A stretch of 63,003 nt of DNA, the filler included, from Sphacelaria rigidula (Eukaryota): assembly GCA_964200075.2 (NCBI GenBank). It is 9 parts of 9 records of this genome, joined end to end, with 100 filler letters (N's around TTAATTAATTAA, not from the genome) between each part and the next. Parts side by side here need not be neighbours in the genome. Positions count along the whole stretch, not along the records: positions 42,071 to 48,981 come from CAXNAA020017451.1; positions 49,082 to 55,992 come from CAXNAA020017452.1; 7 more parts are not named here. The stretch is one strand, 5' to 3'. Below, piece by piece: positions 44,313-55,935 of this stretch. Position 1 is the first letter of the stretch. Each line of letters starts with the position of its first letter. The position numbers and the translations under genes are program-made. The notes beneath the pieces are model-generated. The model worked only from the letters and a program-made list of their open reading frames with translations, did not search any database and was not told where the DNA came from.

Positions 44313-44571
44313 GAGCAGTGCCACGATAGGGGTGGCACTTTTTGTTTCTGGGTCTCGTTTTTGTAGGAGCCCAAATATATGGGGCTTACTGTGCAACACG
44401 AATCTCCGGGGACAGGACATGGGGATGCACACAGGGGCCTTTTTGTGAATCGGCATCTCATTTTCAGTTTTTTTCTTCAAGTGAAAATGATGCCGATTCA
44501 CAAAATGATCCGTGTAAACACCACGAGAAACATTTTCGCTCGAAAAGTGCAACCCTGCCGTAGCATCACTC
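44313..44571. mobile_element. Sola2-like MITE (TSD CCGA), 259 bp
   Basis: GAGCAGTGCCACGATAGGGGTGGCAC / GTGCAACCCTGCCGTAGCATCACTC; CCGA at 44309-44312 and 44572-44575. Confidence 0.85.
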
Positions 44572-45460
44572 CCGACACCTTGCTGAAGTACCAATCAACA
44601 CATCCTCCAAGTTTCGGCGTCATCATGAGCGAGGTGCGGGTTTTCTTGGCGTCTAACCTGCAAAAACATAGCCTCCATATTATCGAAAAGGGATAACACT
44701 GCTACTCCACCTCCACTGTCTCTTACCCCCACGATGTTGTTTTCCACAGAACGACTCTGCTGTATATCCACTACTGAACATATGCAAAAGAACGGCTGCT
44801 GCGGTTGAACAATATGCACGAATCAGGCATCGGGGTTCACGAGTAGTTACACACCCTTGATAATGACCATGTATAGTCAGCAGATGCAACAGACCAAAAC
44901 TGTACTGGGCTAAGTATAGGCATATTGCATATAGCAACTGTTGTCTCAGTCGACAACAGTTCACACGTCGGATACTTCATGAGCTAGCTCATCTGCGCAG
45001 CAGTGCTTACCACTTGGCCGATTAGAACCCTCCTCGATTTTTATTACTTGATTAGAGAGTAAACACCGATATTAGGGTCTTCAGCGGGGCTGACAGCCTC
45101 AACTGCCCGTCGCGTGCGCAGAACGCGTTTCCGTTAAAATCTGCGCCCGCGGCGCTGTTTTGAGGTCTGCCAACGCCACACAATGCCTAGGGAACGCTTC
45201 GCACCCCCCTCGCCCGAGTTCTCGGTATGCCTTGGGTTGGGTTTAGTGTTACAGTTAGCGTTATTTAAAAAAAAAAAATCACAATAAATTTGTTCATCGA
45301 CCAAGTGAACACACCTCCATCTGCGGGCTGTAGCTCACTTGCAATCAAGCATGTACACGCGAGCTACGTCCGATAGCCCACCCAAGGTAAACGTGCGCTG
45401 ATGAGCTACGGATTGGTAGCTCATCAAGGGGGAGTATTAGCTGATGAGCTAGGGGTTGGC

Positions 45461-45695
45461 AGCTCACCCAGGACAAACGTGCGTAGCTCATGTAGCTCTC
45501 ATAGCTCACCCAAGGCAAACATGCGTAGCTCATATAGCGCTCATAGCTCACCCAGGGAAAACATGTGCAGCTCACGCAGCTCTTGTAGCTTACCCAGCGA
45601 AAGCATACGCGGATGAGGTACAGTCGATAGCTCACCCAAGGCAAACACGTGTAGCTCACGCAGCTCTTGTCGCTCACCCGGTGAAAACATGAGTG
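45461..45695. repeat. 42-bp AGCT-rich minisatellite (6 units)
   Basis: AGCTCACCCA-type motif at 45461, 45503, 45545, 45587, 45629, 45671. Confidence 0.9.
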
Positions 45696-47488
45696 GACGA
45701 ACTACGCCCGGTACCTCACCCCGAGAACATCATGTCATGCGCGTAGCTCGCCACCGGCACACCCGGTTTCGTCCACGATGTTCCCCTCTTGCTCGAAGGG
45801 ATGGCGTAACATATCAGTAGGTTGTCGTGTTCTGCCTCGCTCTTCGCGGTGAGAAAAAAAGAAGTCAACAAAAACCCTCGTTCGCATGGTCGGGGTGGAA
45901 TACTCAGATCGTACTCAACAATGCCCACATATAGGGTAAAGCATTGCGACCGTACCCAACTCTACCCAATATTGGGGCAGAGGTTAGGAGATGGGACCAT
46001 GACAACACTAAATTGGGTAGAGTACGTATACACCCCGGTATTTACCCTGCCCAACACACTTTTGATGCTGTTGACCTTCCCCCTCGTCCCCCGTCTAGCC
46101 ACTGACTCCATCTGCTCTTTTTTTTTTTTTCCTGCGTCTTTTTTTGTTTTCTGCCCCTATCTTTTGTACGTCGAAAGTTAAGCTAGGCTAGTGATACGGT
46201 TGGGGACCGCACGGGGAGCCCTGATTTGACTCGACCTTTGAACAGAGCTCCCCACGTGGTCCCCATCCCCCACCGTAGTACCAACTTGGCTCAACTTTTG
46301 ACGTGAACCGTGAAACATGAGTGTGTGACGTAGAGGGCCCTGAAAGGAGGAGATCTGTCTATCTGTCTGCAAGTTTCTTGCCCGGGGAAATCGCAAGTCT
46401 GCGCTGTCCTGTTGGAAATCTGCGCCAATTATGCTCAGTCCTCTTCAAAATTTGCTGTATTTTCTGAAAATCTGCGACATATTTCGGTTCTCCTGCTCTT
46501 TTTTCGCGGCCATTTTTCTGCGCAAAAAGCCGAAATTCTACTTTTTCCGCGGCCGCGGATGGAGTAGATGGCTACCCCCGTCCACCTCCTCGGAATCAAT
46601 CCATGGTCTCGAGGGATCCACTCGTGTTTCTCCAGGCTTCCCCGGAATGTGCTTTCCTGGAACATGACTGTTGGCGAGGATTGATTGGGTCAGCACTGCC
46701 TTCGGCAGCCAGCCAGCCAGCTAACATCCGTGCTTCGCAACTACATTTTGCGAACTACTTTATTCGCTTTCACATCTGCAGACGAAAACACACACACCGA
46801 CGCAATGATTTCTTCCCGCACGCCAACACAGGGCTCAACCCTCCCCCCCCTCCCCCACAGGTCAATGGTCTCAAGACTATGGCATGCCTGATCATGAGCA
46901 ACCCCCCCCCCCCCAAAAAAAAGAATGCCACTACTACTCCTCACCGTGGGGATTACTCAAAGCACATGAATTCCACCCTGATCAACAGTATGACCACCGG
47001 GACACGACAGGCATCGGTGAAGAGGGTAGGCATCCCCGTACTTCTTGTATTTGTGGCTACATGAACTGACCTGCTTCTCGTGTAACGGCTCACTTTGCCG
47101 AGTACCGCGTGTTATTTTGCCCGCGAATTCCGTCTTCCTTCCCCGCCCTTCGGGCTGAAACGGATCCAGATATAGCACAATCTGCCGATAGCGTTTGCAC
47201 ATCCACGATTCCAGAACCGAAAGGTGGTAATCAGGAGGAGGGGGGGGGGCGGGATATAGGGATCATACTCGTTTGTTGCTTGCCCTGGTCTTTTGAACAT
47301 TGACCACGCATCCCTTTCAAGACGGCGTAGGGGGCGTACTCATTTGCTGCCTGTCTTCGTCGTTCGACCATTGATCACGCATTCCTTTCGAGACGGAGCA
47401 CCATTCCCACTCCCAACAGAGACACCTCCAACATTTCGATGCTCATTACGTTTCTTCGGAGGAGAGGGCGCGCGAAGGGGGAGGGGGG

Positions 47489-47790
47489 TACTCATGATCT
47501 TGCATGCCGTAGTGAAACGACCATCGACCTCGCGTCCTACAAAGCTGGGACGGAGCACACCGGGATTTCGCAGGATCAGACTCGCGATCACCGAGGTTGA
47601 AGCACCGTGATGTGTTCTGCGAGTTGCACGAAGGGTGATCTGAATCCTGCCAAGATTGTTCGGCCCGGAGCGTGCTAATTTAATCATCTTGTATTCGGAT
47701 AACAGCCTCCAATAAGTTTGTTTACTTTCTGGTGTCGCCACTTCCAGAGACGGCCGCGGATTACACACTGTCTCATGGGTGTCATACCAT
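47489..47790 (-). mobile_element. Family A repeat copy within a cluster of LINE 3' fragments
   Basis: Colinear with 8260-8567; 3' end abuts the G-run at 47477-47488. Confidence 0.75.
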
Positions 47791-47963
47791 TTAGGCACCA
47801 CGTACTATAGTGCGATCGTCCCCCCTTTGCGCGAAGTTCAAGTTCCCAACCCCGCACAATATGATCCAACATCTAACTCGACCACTATCATGGTTACCGC
47901 AAAAAAAATAAACGGTAACCGCCTCGCTAACACAGTGAGAGGCGCCGGGGGGGAAGGGGGGGG

Positions 47964-48415
47964 CATACTCATTTGTTGCTTGCCTTAATCATTTGACCAC
48001 TGACCACGCATCCTTTTCGAAACGGAGCACCCTTCTTACTCCCAGTAGAGACACCTCCAACATTTGGATGCCCATTACGTTTCTTCCAAACATTACACAA
48101 GAGCTTTTTACATGTCTTATCCCCATCCTGTGTCGCCGTCTTTGGCCACACTCTTTCGCCTAGTTGGGCCATCGTTTTCTCCCTACTGTCTAGTGCATCA
48201 AAACGATTTCATGTCACCTTCGTTCACGTCTCACATTCCCCTCTCTAGCACGTCCCGTTCCTTCTTGTATACTTCACATCCTGCAACTACATGACTTCTG
48301 CTCTCTATTGCTTCGCCACAGGGGCAATTCTGTGTATCTACTTCCTCCTCCTCTCCACTACTGGTGACTCTCTTTCTCCTCTCTGGGAGGTCCAGATCCC
48401 CAAGCCGAAATCGCA
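47964..48415 (-). mobile_element. 5'-truncated non-LTR retrotransposon (LINE) ORF2 C-terminus, family B
   Basis: LRFRLGDLDLPERRKR...CPCGEAIESRSHVVAGC (CCHC zinc knuckle typical of LINE ORF2 C-termini), one stop and one frameshift, ending ...GQMIKASNK-stop; shorter copies with the same 3' end at 42168-42222, 47263-47322, 47335-47460, 54667-54724. Confidence 0.7.
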
Positions 48416-48539
48416 GGGGGGGGGGGGGGGGGGTTTTTTGTTTTTTTTGCCCCTTCCTGTGATTTGGGGGGGGGGGCCCTTTTGGGGCAAATTTTCCAGA
48501 AAACAANNNNNNNNNNGCGGGGGGTGGGCGACCCGCGAG

Positions 48540-48572
<33 letters not shown>

Positions 48573-49213
48573 TATTTTGATATTTCTGACGCTACATGTG
48601 ATTTGGTGCGCGTGACCTGTTGGTGCAACATGTCACGAACATCAAAACAGTACCACATACTTTGCAGGGGGAAATACATACTGACCGTGGCAGTAGTAAT
48701 ACACAGTGAAATCGCTGTACAAGTACACAGAAATTCAACGTGACCTCAACAACAGCCTGCGCCTGAGGGACCTCACCCCAACTGAAAGTTAAGGCCTGAG
48801 CTGTTGCGCATAACTACACCAATATTCTTGGAAACGGGGTGAGGGGGGAGGGGGGCGGACCCATGACTCCAAGGGCACCCCCCCCCCCCGCCCCGTCTTG
48901 AAATTAGTAGGGTGGGGGGGGGGGGGGGGGTATCCATGATTTTTTCTTCCAAAGTCCTATGACGAGTGGCCCTATTTCCCCNNNNNNNNNNNNNNNNNNN
49001 NNNNNNNNNNNNNNNNNNNNNNNNNTTAATTAATTAANNNNNNNNNNNNNNNNNNNNNNNNNNNNNNNNNNNNNNNNNNNNCAATTATTGACCATTGGCA
49101 CCCCCCCCCCCCCCCCCGCCCCCCTCCACTCGGACACATGGACGCGTGGAGTATGGCACACATGGACGAAACTGACTCTAAAAGAGGTGCGGGACAGGTG
49201 TGTCATCCCTCAC

Positions 49214-51091
49214 ATCATTCTCATCTCCTTCCGTGCCTCCTAGGTCGGGTCTCGAGCTCTCAGACGCCCACAGCACGTGCCGATTGTGTCGCAAGAGTCG
49301 CCCGAAGAACGCGTCGGCCATCGCGCACGGAGCGTCCGCGCCGATGTTGGCCAGAGGTAGGTGTGCGTATCGCGCACAGAGGAGTCGATCAGCCAACCAT
49401 TGCGGGGCAATGAGGAACCTAATTCGAAGAAAAAACAAAACATATGAATAAAAATAGATGACAAGATATAAGAATAAAAATAGAAGTAGCAAAAGTTGAG
49501 CGGGTCAGGTAAAAAATGATTTGAATTATGCCACCGGACGACGACAAAGTTGATGCAAGACTCATGCAGTATCATCTTTATGCAGCGTTCTATTTTGACG
49601 ATAGGGCTGTTTTTTACTGTATCCGTATTTTCGTTCTCCTTTTAATTTCGTGGTTTCTCTCATTAACGTGCTTATGGCCGGCGGTCTATACGATATTTTG
49701 AGCTAGTGTGTATTGTTATGATGATGTGTGTAATGGTTTTCAACCGGTATGTTCATAATATGTAGGTCTCCCCATCACATTTTCAAGCCCTTCCTCTCCA
49801 CGACGCGATGGAACAAAAATAAAAGAGAGGGAACGAAAACATAGAAAACATGTAACCCATAAAATAGGATAAAGAAATTACGAAAGCGTTACGGTACCCC
49901 TGCAGAGAGGAGGCTCTTCTGCAAAAAAGAGGAAAAGCAGGAAGAAAAAAATGTAGAAGAGAGTCCTGAAAACCTAAACAGTATACATGGGAAACCGAGC
50001 ACTGCCTGTGCTCATACACATGACCAGTCGTCTCCACACAGTTTACCTTCCGATTTTGCAGCCTTTTTGAGATTTGTTTTAACACTTTCTACGATAGCCC
50101 CCTCCCCCAAAGCAGCTAAAAGTGTCATGAAAAAAATGGCCATACCGCGCCTGATGTTCGGGTTTGCATGAAGCGCCTCAAATTGGCGACATTGGCTAGA
50201 ACGAACCCAAGTATGGTAATTCCCAGCTTCTCGTTGTGCTCGGCTTTTCCCATTTCGATTTACGATAAGATTTTGCCTCCCAAAATCATGCAATCTTTTG
50301 GGGGGGGCTATCGTACAAAAATGTCTCCTACTGCTGCAGGAGCGCTCGGCCTACGGGTCAGAACAAGACACGATTACACTCCATCGACACACACACACAC
50401 AAGAGGTCCACAGAAAAACGACTACTTCACCACGAGTCATCATCGGTGTGTCATCATTCGTGACAGATCGACTGAGCAAGTGATGAGTTATCGTACATGA
50501 CCTAACTGCGGCGCTATGAGCCATAATCTAGCCGTGCTCATGAGATGGACGTGGTAACTTGCACATATCCAAGATAAAAATAAACAAAAAACGAAAGTAC
50601 AAAAGTCTCTCAAGGAAACTCGACGAAGACAAAGAAGAGAGCAAATACACGGCGAACTCCAAAAATTAATGCAGAGAAAAAATGGGGGAGGGGGGAAGAA
50701 AAAAACAGAATAAAATAAAATAAAATAAACACAACAGATACCGTTGTCATCGGCTCCAACCCTCCCCCAAGTATTTTGGTCTCATGGCTACGGCATGCAC
50801 GACCATGAGTACACCCCTACAATTATATATATATTGATATCTGTATTTCTCTTTCGTATTCTACTTTTCCCTAGAGATTGTCAACGGCTCAATCTATTTT
50901 CCTCTTCTCTTTCTAGTTTTGTTTTTATCTTGGGTCCCTCTTTAGTTCTTTACTCACCGCTGTACCATTCGCTGCGCAGCAAACGTCTGCCATCCCAGGG
51001 CAGGATAACGTTCGTCCTCGGCGTTGCAAGGAATATGCGCTACCGGCATCTCCGCCAGCGCTGGCAGCCGCTGCCGCAGCTCCTGAGTCAG

Positions 51092-51128
<37 letters not shown>

Positions 51129-54100
51129 CAGAGACAGATGGACAGGAAAGATGGCAACGGTGACAAAAGAGCAACAAAAAAAGAGACGCAACTTTTCAAC
51201 ACACGTTGCATGCTATACTGCCAGGTATCACCGCACCCTCCCGAGTCAGTGATGTGATAGACAGGTAAAATGGACGGGTTCATTGATTTGATAGGTAGAA
51301 TGGATTGGTGCGATTGTCATTCATTAATTGATCCGTTGCGAATCGAACGATGGTCACAAAGGGGGCTCCAGCTGAGAAATAAGGGGAAACGTGATGGCGA
51401 AATCAACGCCCTTTTATAGATAAATACCTCTCTCGCTCCCTCTCTTTATATGTATCTAAGCGGTCGTACAGCAACTCTATAAATACGGCGTATGGACGGC
51501 GTGTCTTATTTTCTGCAGACCACATAAAGCCGTGCCGGTGGATAGGTTGGCGGCGCGCGCGCGCGGGGGGTGTTTCCACGCTCCGTAGCGTTATCTCCTG
51601 CCTTCTATGAATTCGTGACACACATCTTGTGCAAGGCCGTCAAGAGACAATCCGATATATCATGGACTCTGACCTTTTCCTCCCACCTTTCCCCACCTCT
51701 CCCGGTGCGCTCCGTCTCAACTTTGTAGGGATGCGAGGTCTATCGTCTCATGACTACCGCATGGAAAATCATAAGTACCACCCCCCTCTCGAACAAACAT
51801 GAACAAATAGAACAAAAAAAGGGACGCATTTCGCATTTCAGCAAAACACGGAGAGCAATTTCGATTCAGTGACAAGTAAAAAAACCTCACTTCAAGATAC
51901 ACAGAGACACAGTGGAGTATGACACCACTGGAGTACGACACATACACACACCTGTCCCTGAAGAAGACCCTGCGAGACGACCAACGTGGGGCCGTTTCTC
52001 TGTCGAGAGTACGAAGCTAGGGACGCGTCTGCGCTGGCCCAGGCGTCCTCTGCCGTATTGACGGAAGACATCTTGAACGTACAAGAGCTGCCTGGTACGC
52101 TGCCATATTAATAGTGAAGGTATGGAAAGCGTATTTTGCCAAACAAACATCAAACACAAAGAAATTAAGAAATTCCGTGGTAACAGACAAGGCAGCAGCG
52201 AAAACCGCGGGAAGGGGGGATTGATGAATTGGTTACTCGGCTGGTTGGTTGTGAACAGCGTGCAAAGCGGTCTTTATTGGTGTTTTTATCTACTTTTATG
52301 CGCGGCACTCCCCCCCCCCTCCTCCTTTTTTTCGTCATACCGTCAACCTCTCCCCTTTCCCTCGGGACAACCCAGTCGTCTTCAGGGAACGGTTCTCTCC
52401 CCCGGCATTTGCTTGCATCATCGCTATCGTACTTCATTGTATACCGATCAGATTGGATTCAAAACAGCCGCACCCAGTCAACTTTTCCATCGACATACCT
52501 TTTCAGCGCGCGGTCGGTCCTACACAACAAAAAATATAAGAAGAGGGAGAGAGAGAGAGAGCCGAAGCAAATACATGTAGTCCCTTGCGTGCAGAGATAT
52601 TTATTAACCTCAAACCTTAAGTTTCTTCGAACGTACATATATTATACATAAATATATTGTTTCTGTGGAGGCGAATGAATGAATGAATGTCAATCCGCAT
52701 TTCGTCTATGATGTGACCACGGCTGGATCCCTGGGGGGTCACTTAAAGTGATGCAATCAATAAAAATAGTAATGGAAATCAATCAATTCGGCATATCCTC
52801 CCACCGAAAGAATAGTAGCGAAATAAAGGGGGTAGGCACAATTCGTGGACTGTTTCAACTTGCACATGACCGTGGACGGTTGGGTGTAGCGAGCAAGCGA
52901 GCAAGCGAGCAAGCGAGCAAGCGAGCAAGCGAGCAAGCGAGCGAATAAGCAAGCAAAGCAAACGACACCATAAAATTTAACGGTAAAAATGAAAATGAGA
53001 GAGAGAGAGAGTTCTCACGTGCTAAATCGTTCGAATATGCGAGCCAGCGGCGGCCGCTGCTCCCCCTCCCTCCTAGAGAAGGGATTGATGAGCCACACGA
53101 ACGCCTTGGCGAGCACAGGTCGCTCCCCGGGCCCTGGCTGACCTTCTTCCTCCTGCTCCTCCGTGCCTCCCTCGGGCTCGAAGTCGTCGTTCGTACCCTA
53201 TTTGCGCAGAGCACCCCCCGCCCAGACAAGGGGGGAATAAACGGGAGACAAACATGACATCATCAAATCTACCGGATTTTATTCTTCATCTTTAGTAATG
53301 TATGCAGGCAAAGTTTTTGGGGTCCCCGTAAGTCATCACCCACCGGGAGGGTGGTATGCAAGGGCGTGGGAGTATAGTAAGCAGTAGATTCAAGTGTAGA
53401 GGTAGCCCTCAAACGTACGGTGTCCAATATGGGTTTCTGTTATTTTTCCCCGGACACTGCCATACTCATTATGTAGGTTCGCCTGCTATGCTTGTGCGTT
53501 CTAGACAAAGCGGTGAAAAAATAATCTTGTTCCTTTCCCATATAACTAGTCACACAATGAGCGATGCATATGTATACTCGAATATATAGAGAGGAAGGAC
53601 TACATTGGTATACACTCAAGACATGAAACACGCGGCCGATGGGATGGTGACGATAGTCGGAAGTCAGTTAAATTGCAGTACAATACAGCACGAGACAGTC
53701 GTATACCTTTTGCAGTACGAGTATACTCTCGATTTGATCGAGTACATCTTCATGCCCAGAATATAGAGATTTACATATAGTTACAAGAACTAGAAAATAA
53801 CTCAGAATTGCCAGAAAAGCTACAAGCGTTGCCTATCCGGCATTAATGTTCCGAGAAATCCAACCCACCTGCATTATTCGTGTGTCAAACAAGTAGTGTT
53901 CGACACATGCCATGGGTAGGGAAACGCTCACATACGAAACATTCTAAAACGAGAACTTTCAGTATAGTCAGTACAGTAGTGCAGGTGAATACTGCAATAG
54001 TGCATTCTATCCGCAGGGATAATAGTAAAGTATGCTTAGATACGTATTTTACCCATAGTTCGTCAGCACCGCACACGATCATATTTCATTTTGCATGTTG

Positions 54101-54597
54101 TCACTGCAACCTCCATTTACTTCACTTCCTTGCCCCTCCCCCCGGGACTGTCCCTGGAAGTGCTGATACCAGAAAATGAAGCAACGCATTGGAAGCTTTC
54201 ATTCACACACAAAATAATCAGTACGCTCCGGGCCGAGCAATCTTGCTAGGATGCAGCTCACCCTTCATGCGCCTGACCAACACATCACGCGCTTCGTGCT
54301 TGGTGATTGATTGCGAGCCTTTTCCGGGGAAGGCCTCAGCGTGCTCCGTCCCGGCTATGTAGGGATGCGAGGTTAACGGTGATGTGACTACGGCATGCAA
54401 GATCATGAGTACACCCCCTTCGTCCTTCAAACACCTCCTTACAAGCGTACACACAAGCATGAAGACGAGACCCACATAATGTCGTACTGCACCTGCACGA
54501 AGAACAGCCCCACCATACCCCTCTTGCCCGCGCTGGAGTGGTAAAGGTAGATCTGCTTGAACGTAGCCACTGACGGGTGAAGATAGGGGTGCGCCGC
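49214..54597 (-). CDS. POLE: DNA polymerase epsilon catalytic subunit A, C-terminal (inactive polymerase / DUF1744) region; 5 exons, partial at both ends
   Basis: Exons 54493-54597, 53019-53197, 51952-52099, 50958-51082, 49214-49418, GT-AG with consistent phases. Product ...YLHPSVATFKQIYLYHSS...GLFF...QRNGPTLVVSQ...LPALAEMPV...YPALGWQTFAAQRMVQRFL...CARYAHLPLANIGAD...DAFFGRLLRHNRHVLWASESSRPDLGG matches the recalled POLE/Pol2 pattern GPTL...WQ...RRM...RY.H.P.GN...D.F.AR.L...N..LW.S...PDLGG. Confidence 0.9.
50082..50324. mobile_element. ~245-bp MITE in POLE intron
   Basis: TIR ACACTTTCTACGATAGCCCCC / GGGGGCTATCGTACAAAAATGT; partial copies at 405-588 and 7013-7170; TSD not evident. Confidence 0.7.
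52888..52945. repeat. (GCGAGCAA)n 8-bp tandem repeat, about 7 units
   Basis: Directly visible. Confidence 0.9.
54218..54418 (+). mobile_element. Family A repeat, partial copy in opposite orientation
   Basis: Ends GGCATGCAAGATCATGAGTACACCCCC. Confidence 0.7.
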
Positions 54598-55901
54598 CTG
54601 TGAACGAAGACCAGCAATAAAGAGAGAGTGTGTGTTTTCGGGATTGGAAAGAAGACGGGGGGGGGGCGTACTTATTTGTTGCTTGCCCTAGTCGTTTGGC
54701 CATTGACCACGCATCCCTTTCAATGGGGGAGGAGGGGGGTGGGGGGGACGGTACCCAGGAGTTCGAAGTACGTAGAGAAGGGTGCGATGTGCTCAGAGTA
54801 TCAAGCAGCTGTCGATTTGTAGGGATAATTCACAGCAGCAACGGCAAAAATATATATATTTCTTTGAAAGCACAACCACACGGAAAATCTGAGGAGATCT
54901 GAAAAAAAAAGTACAACCGTGCCTTCGCTTTCGAGTACTGCACTTCCCCCTTCCTCTCTCCCTACCCCACGGGTGGCAATTTGAACTTGTGCTAGTCCGG
55001 CTACTTGCTGTTCATCATACCGTATCTTCTGCGGAGCATATAGGGGGCGGGGGGGGGGGCAGAGGTCACACAACAAGGACCCGATCAATCTATAACCCTG
55101 GAAGAGAGTCCAAAAGCAAACAATTGTTGTTGAGGCCTTTCCACTCGATTGCATAAGAGGTCACATCTGAGTGGATGCAGGGACAAATGGAAAACACTTT
55201 AACAGATCGTCAGCAAAGAAGTAATAGAAAAGCGTCGGGCTTCATTTCGTGAAACGGCTCTTTCGACACCAGCTGATTGAGTAGCAATAGCTAAAGCTAC
55301 TGTTCACCCTTGTATATTCATACGTGTGGAGACCTGATCCATCTGCTGTACAGAGCCAACGACTTGGAACTGCGCAGTTATCACCATTTCCCCCCTCCCG
55401 GAATGTACAGGACTTAAAACGTGCTACACTTACTCGCATGAGCGAGTATGTATATTCATCTGACATAAAAGTCGCACAAACTACTCTTATTTTCTCTCCG
55501 AAGAATGCACCAATGCATGGATATTTGGCCAACAACTGCGAACCCATCGTTTTGGATTCCAATCAAACTATCTCCTGTGCAGGCACGCTACAGTCACCGT
55601 GGACATAATTAAATGCCCCGTTAGTGCACGCGAATGTCGCCTGTGGAAACACTCAAACACATGGCATAGCCCTGCCGTCCACCTCCCTGTCACGCATGCA
55701 CCGCGTATCGTACCTGGTGATGCATGCACCGCGTGTTAAGCAAACACCACACAGTCACTCCAGATGTACAATAGCAAACTCTATTGCTATCGACCGCTTG
55801 CCTAGTCACGCATGTTAGGCCTTCGATCAGTTACTGATGACAATACGTATATTTGGTGAATATTTAGACATATGTGTGTACATGAAAATGTGAGAAAAAA
55901 A

Positions 55902-55935
<34 letters not shown>

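Noticed and set aside
45461..45695. CRISPR array or repeat protein (ORFs 45345-45677, 45456-45692)
   Set aside because: Whole 42-bp units repeat with no unique spacers; the ORFs follow from a period divisible by 3.
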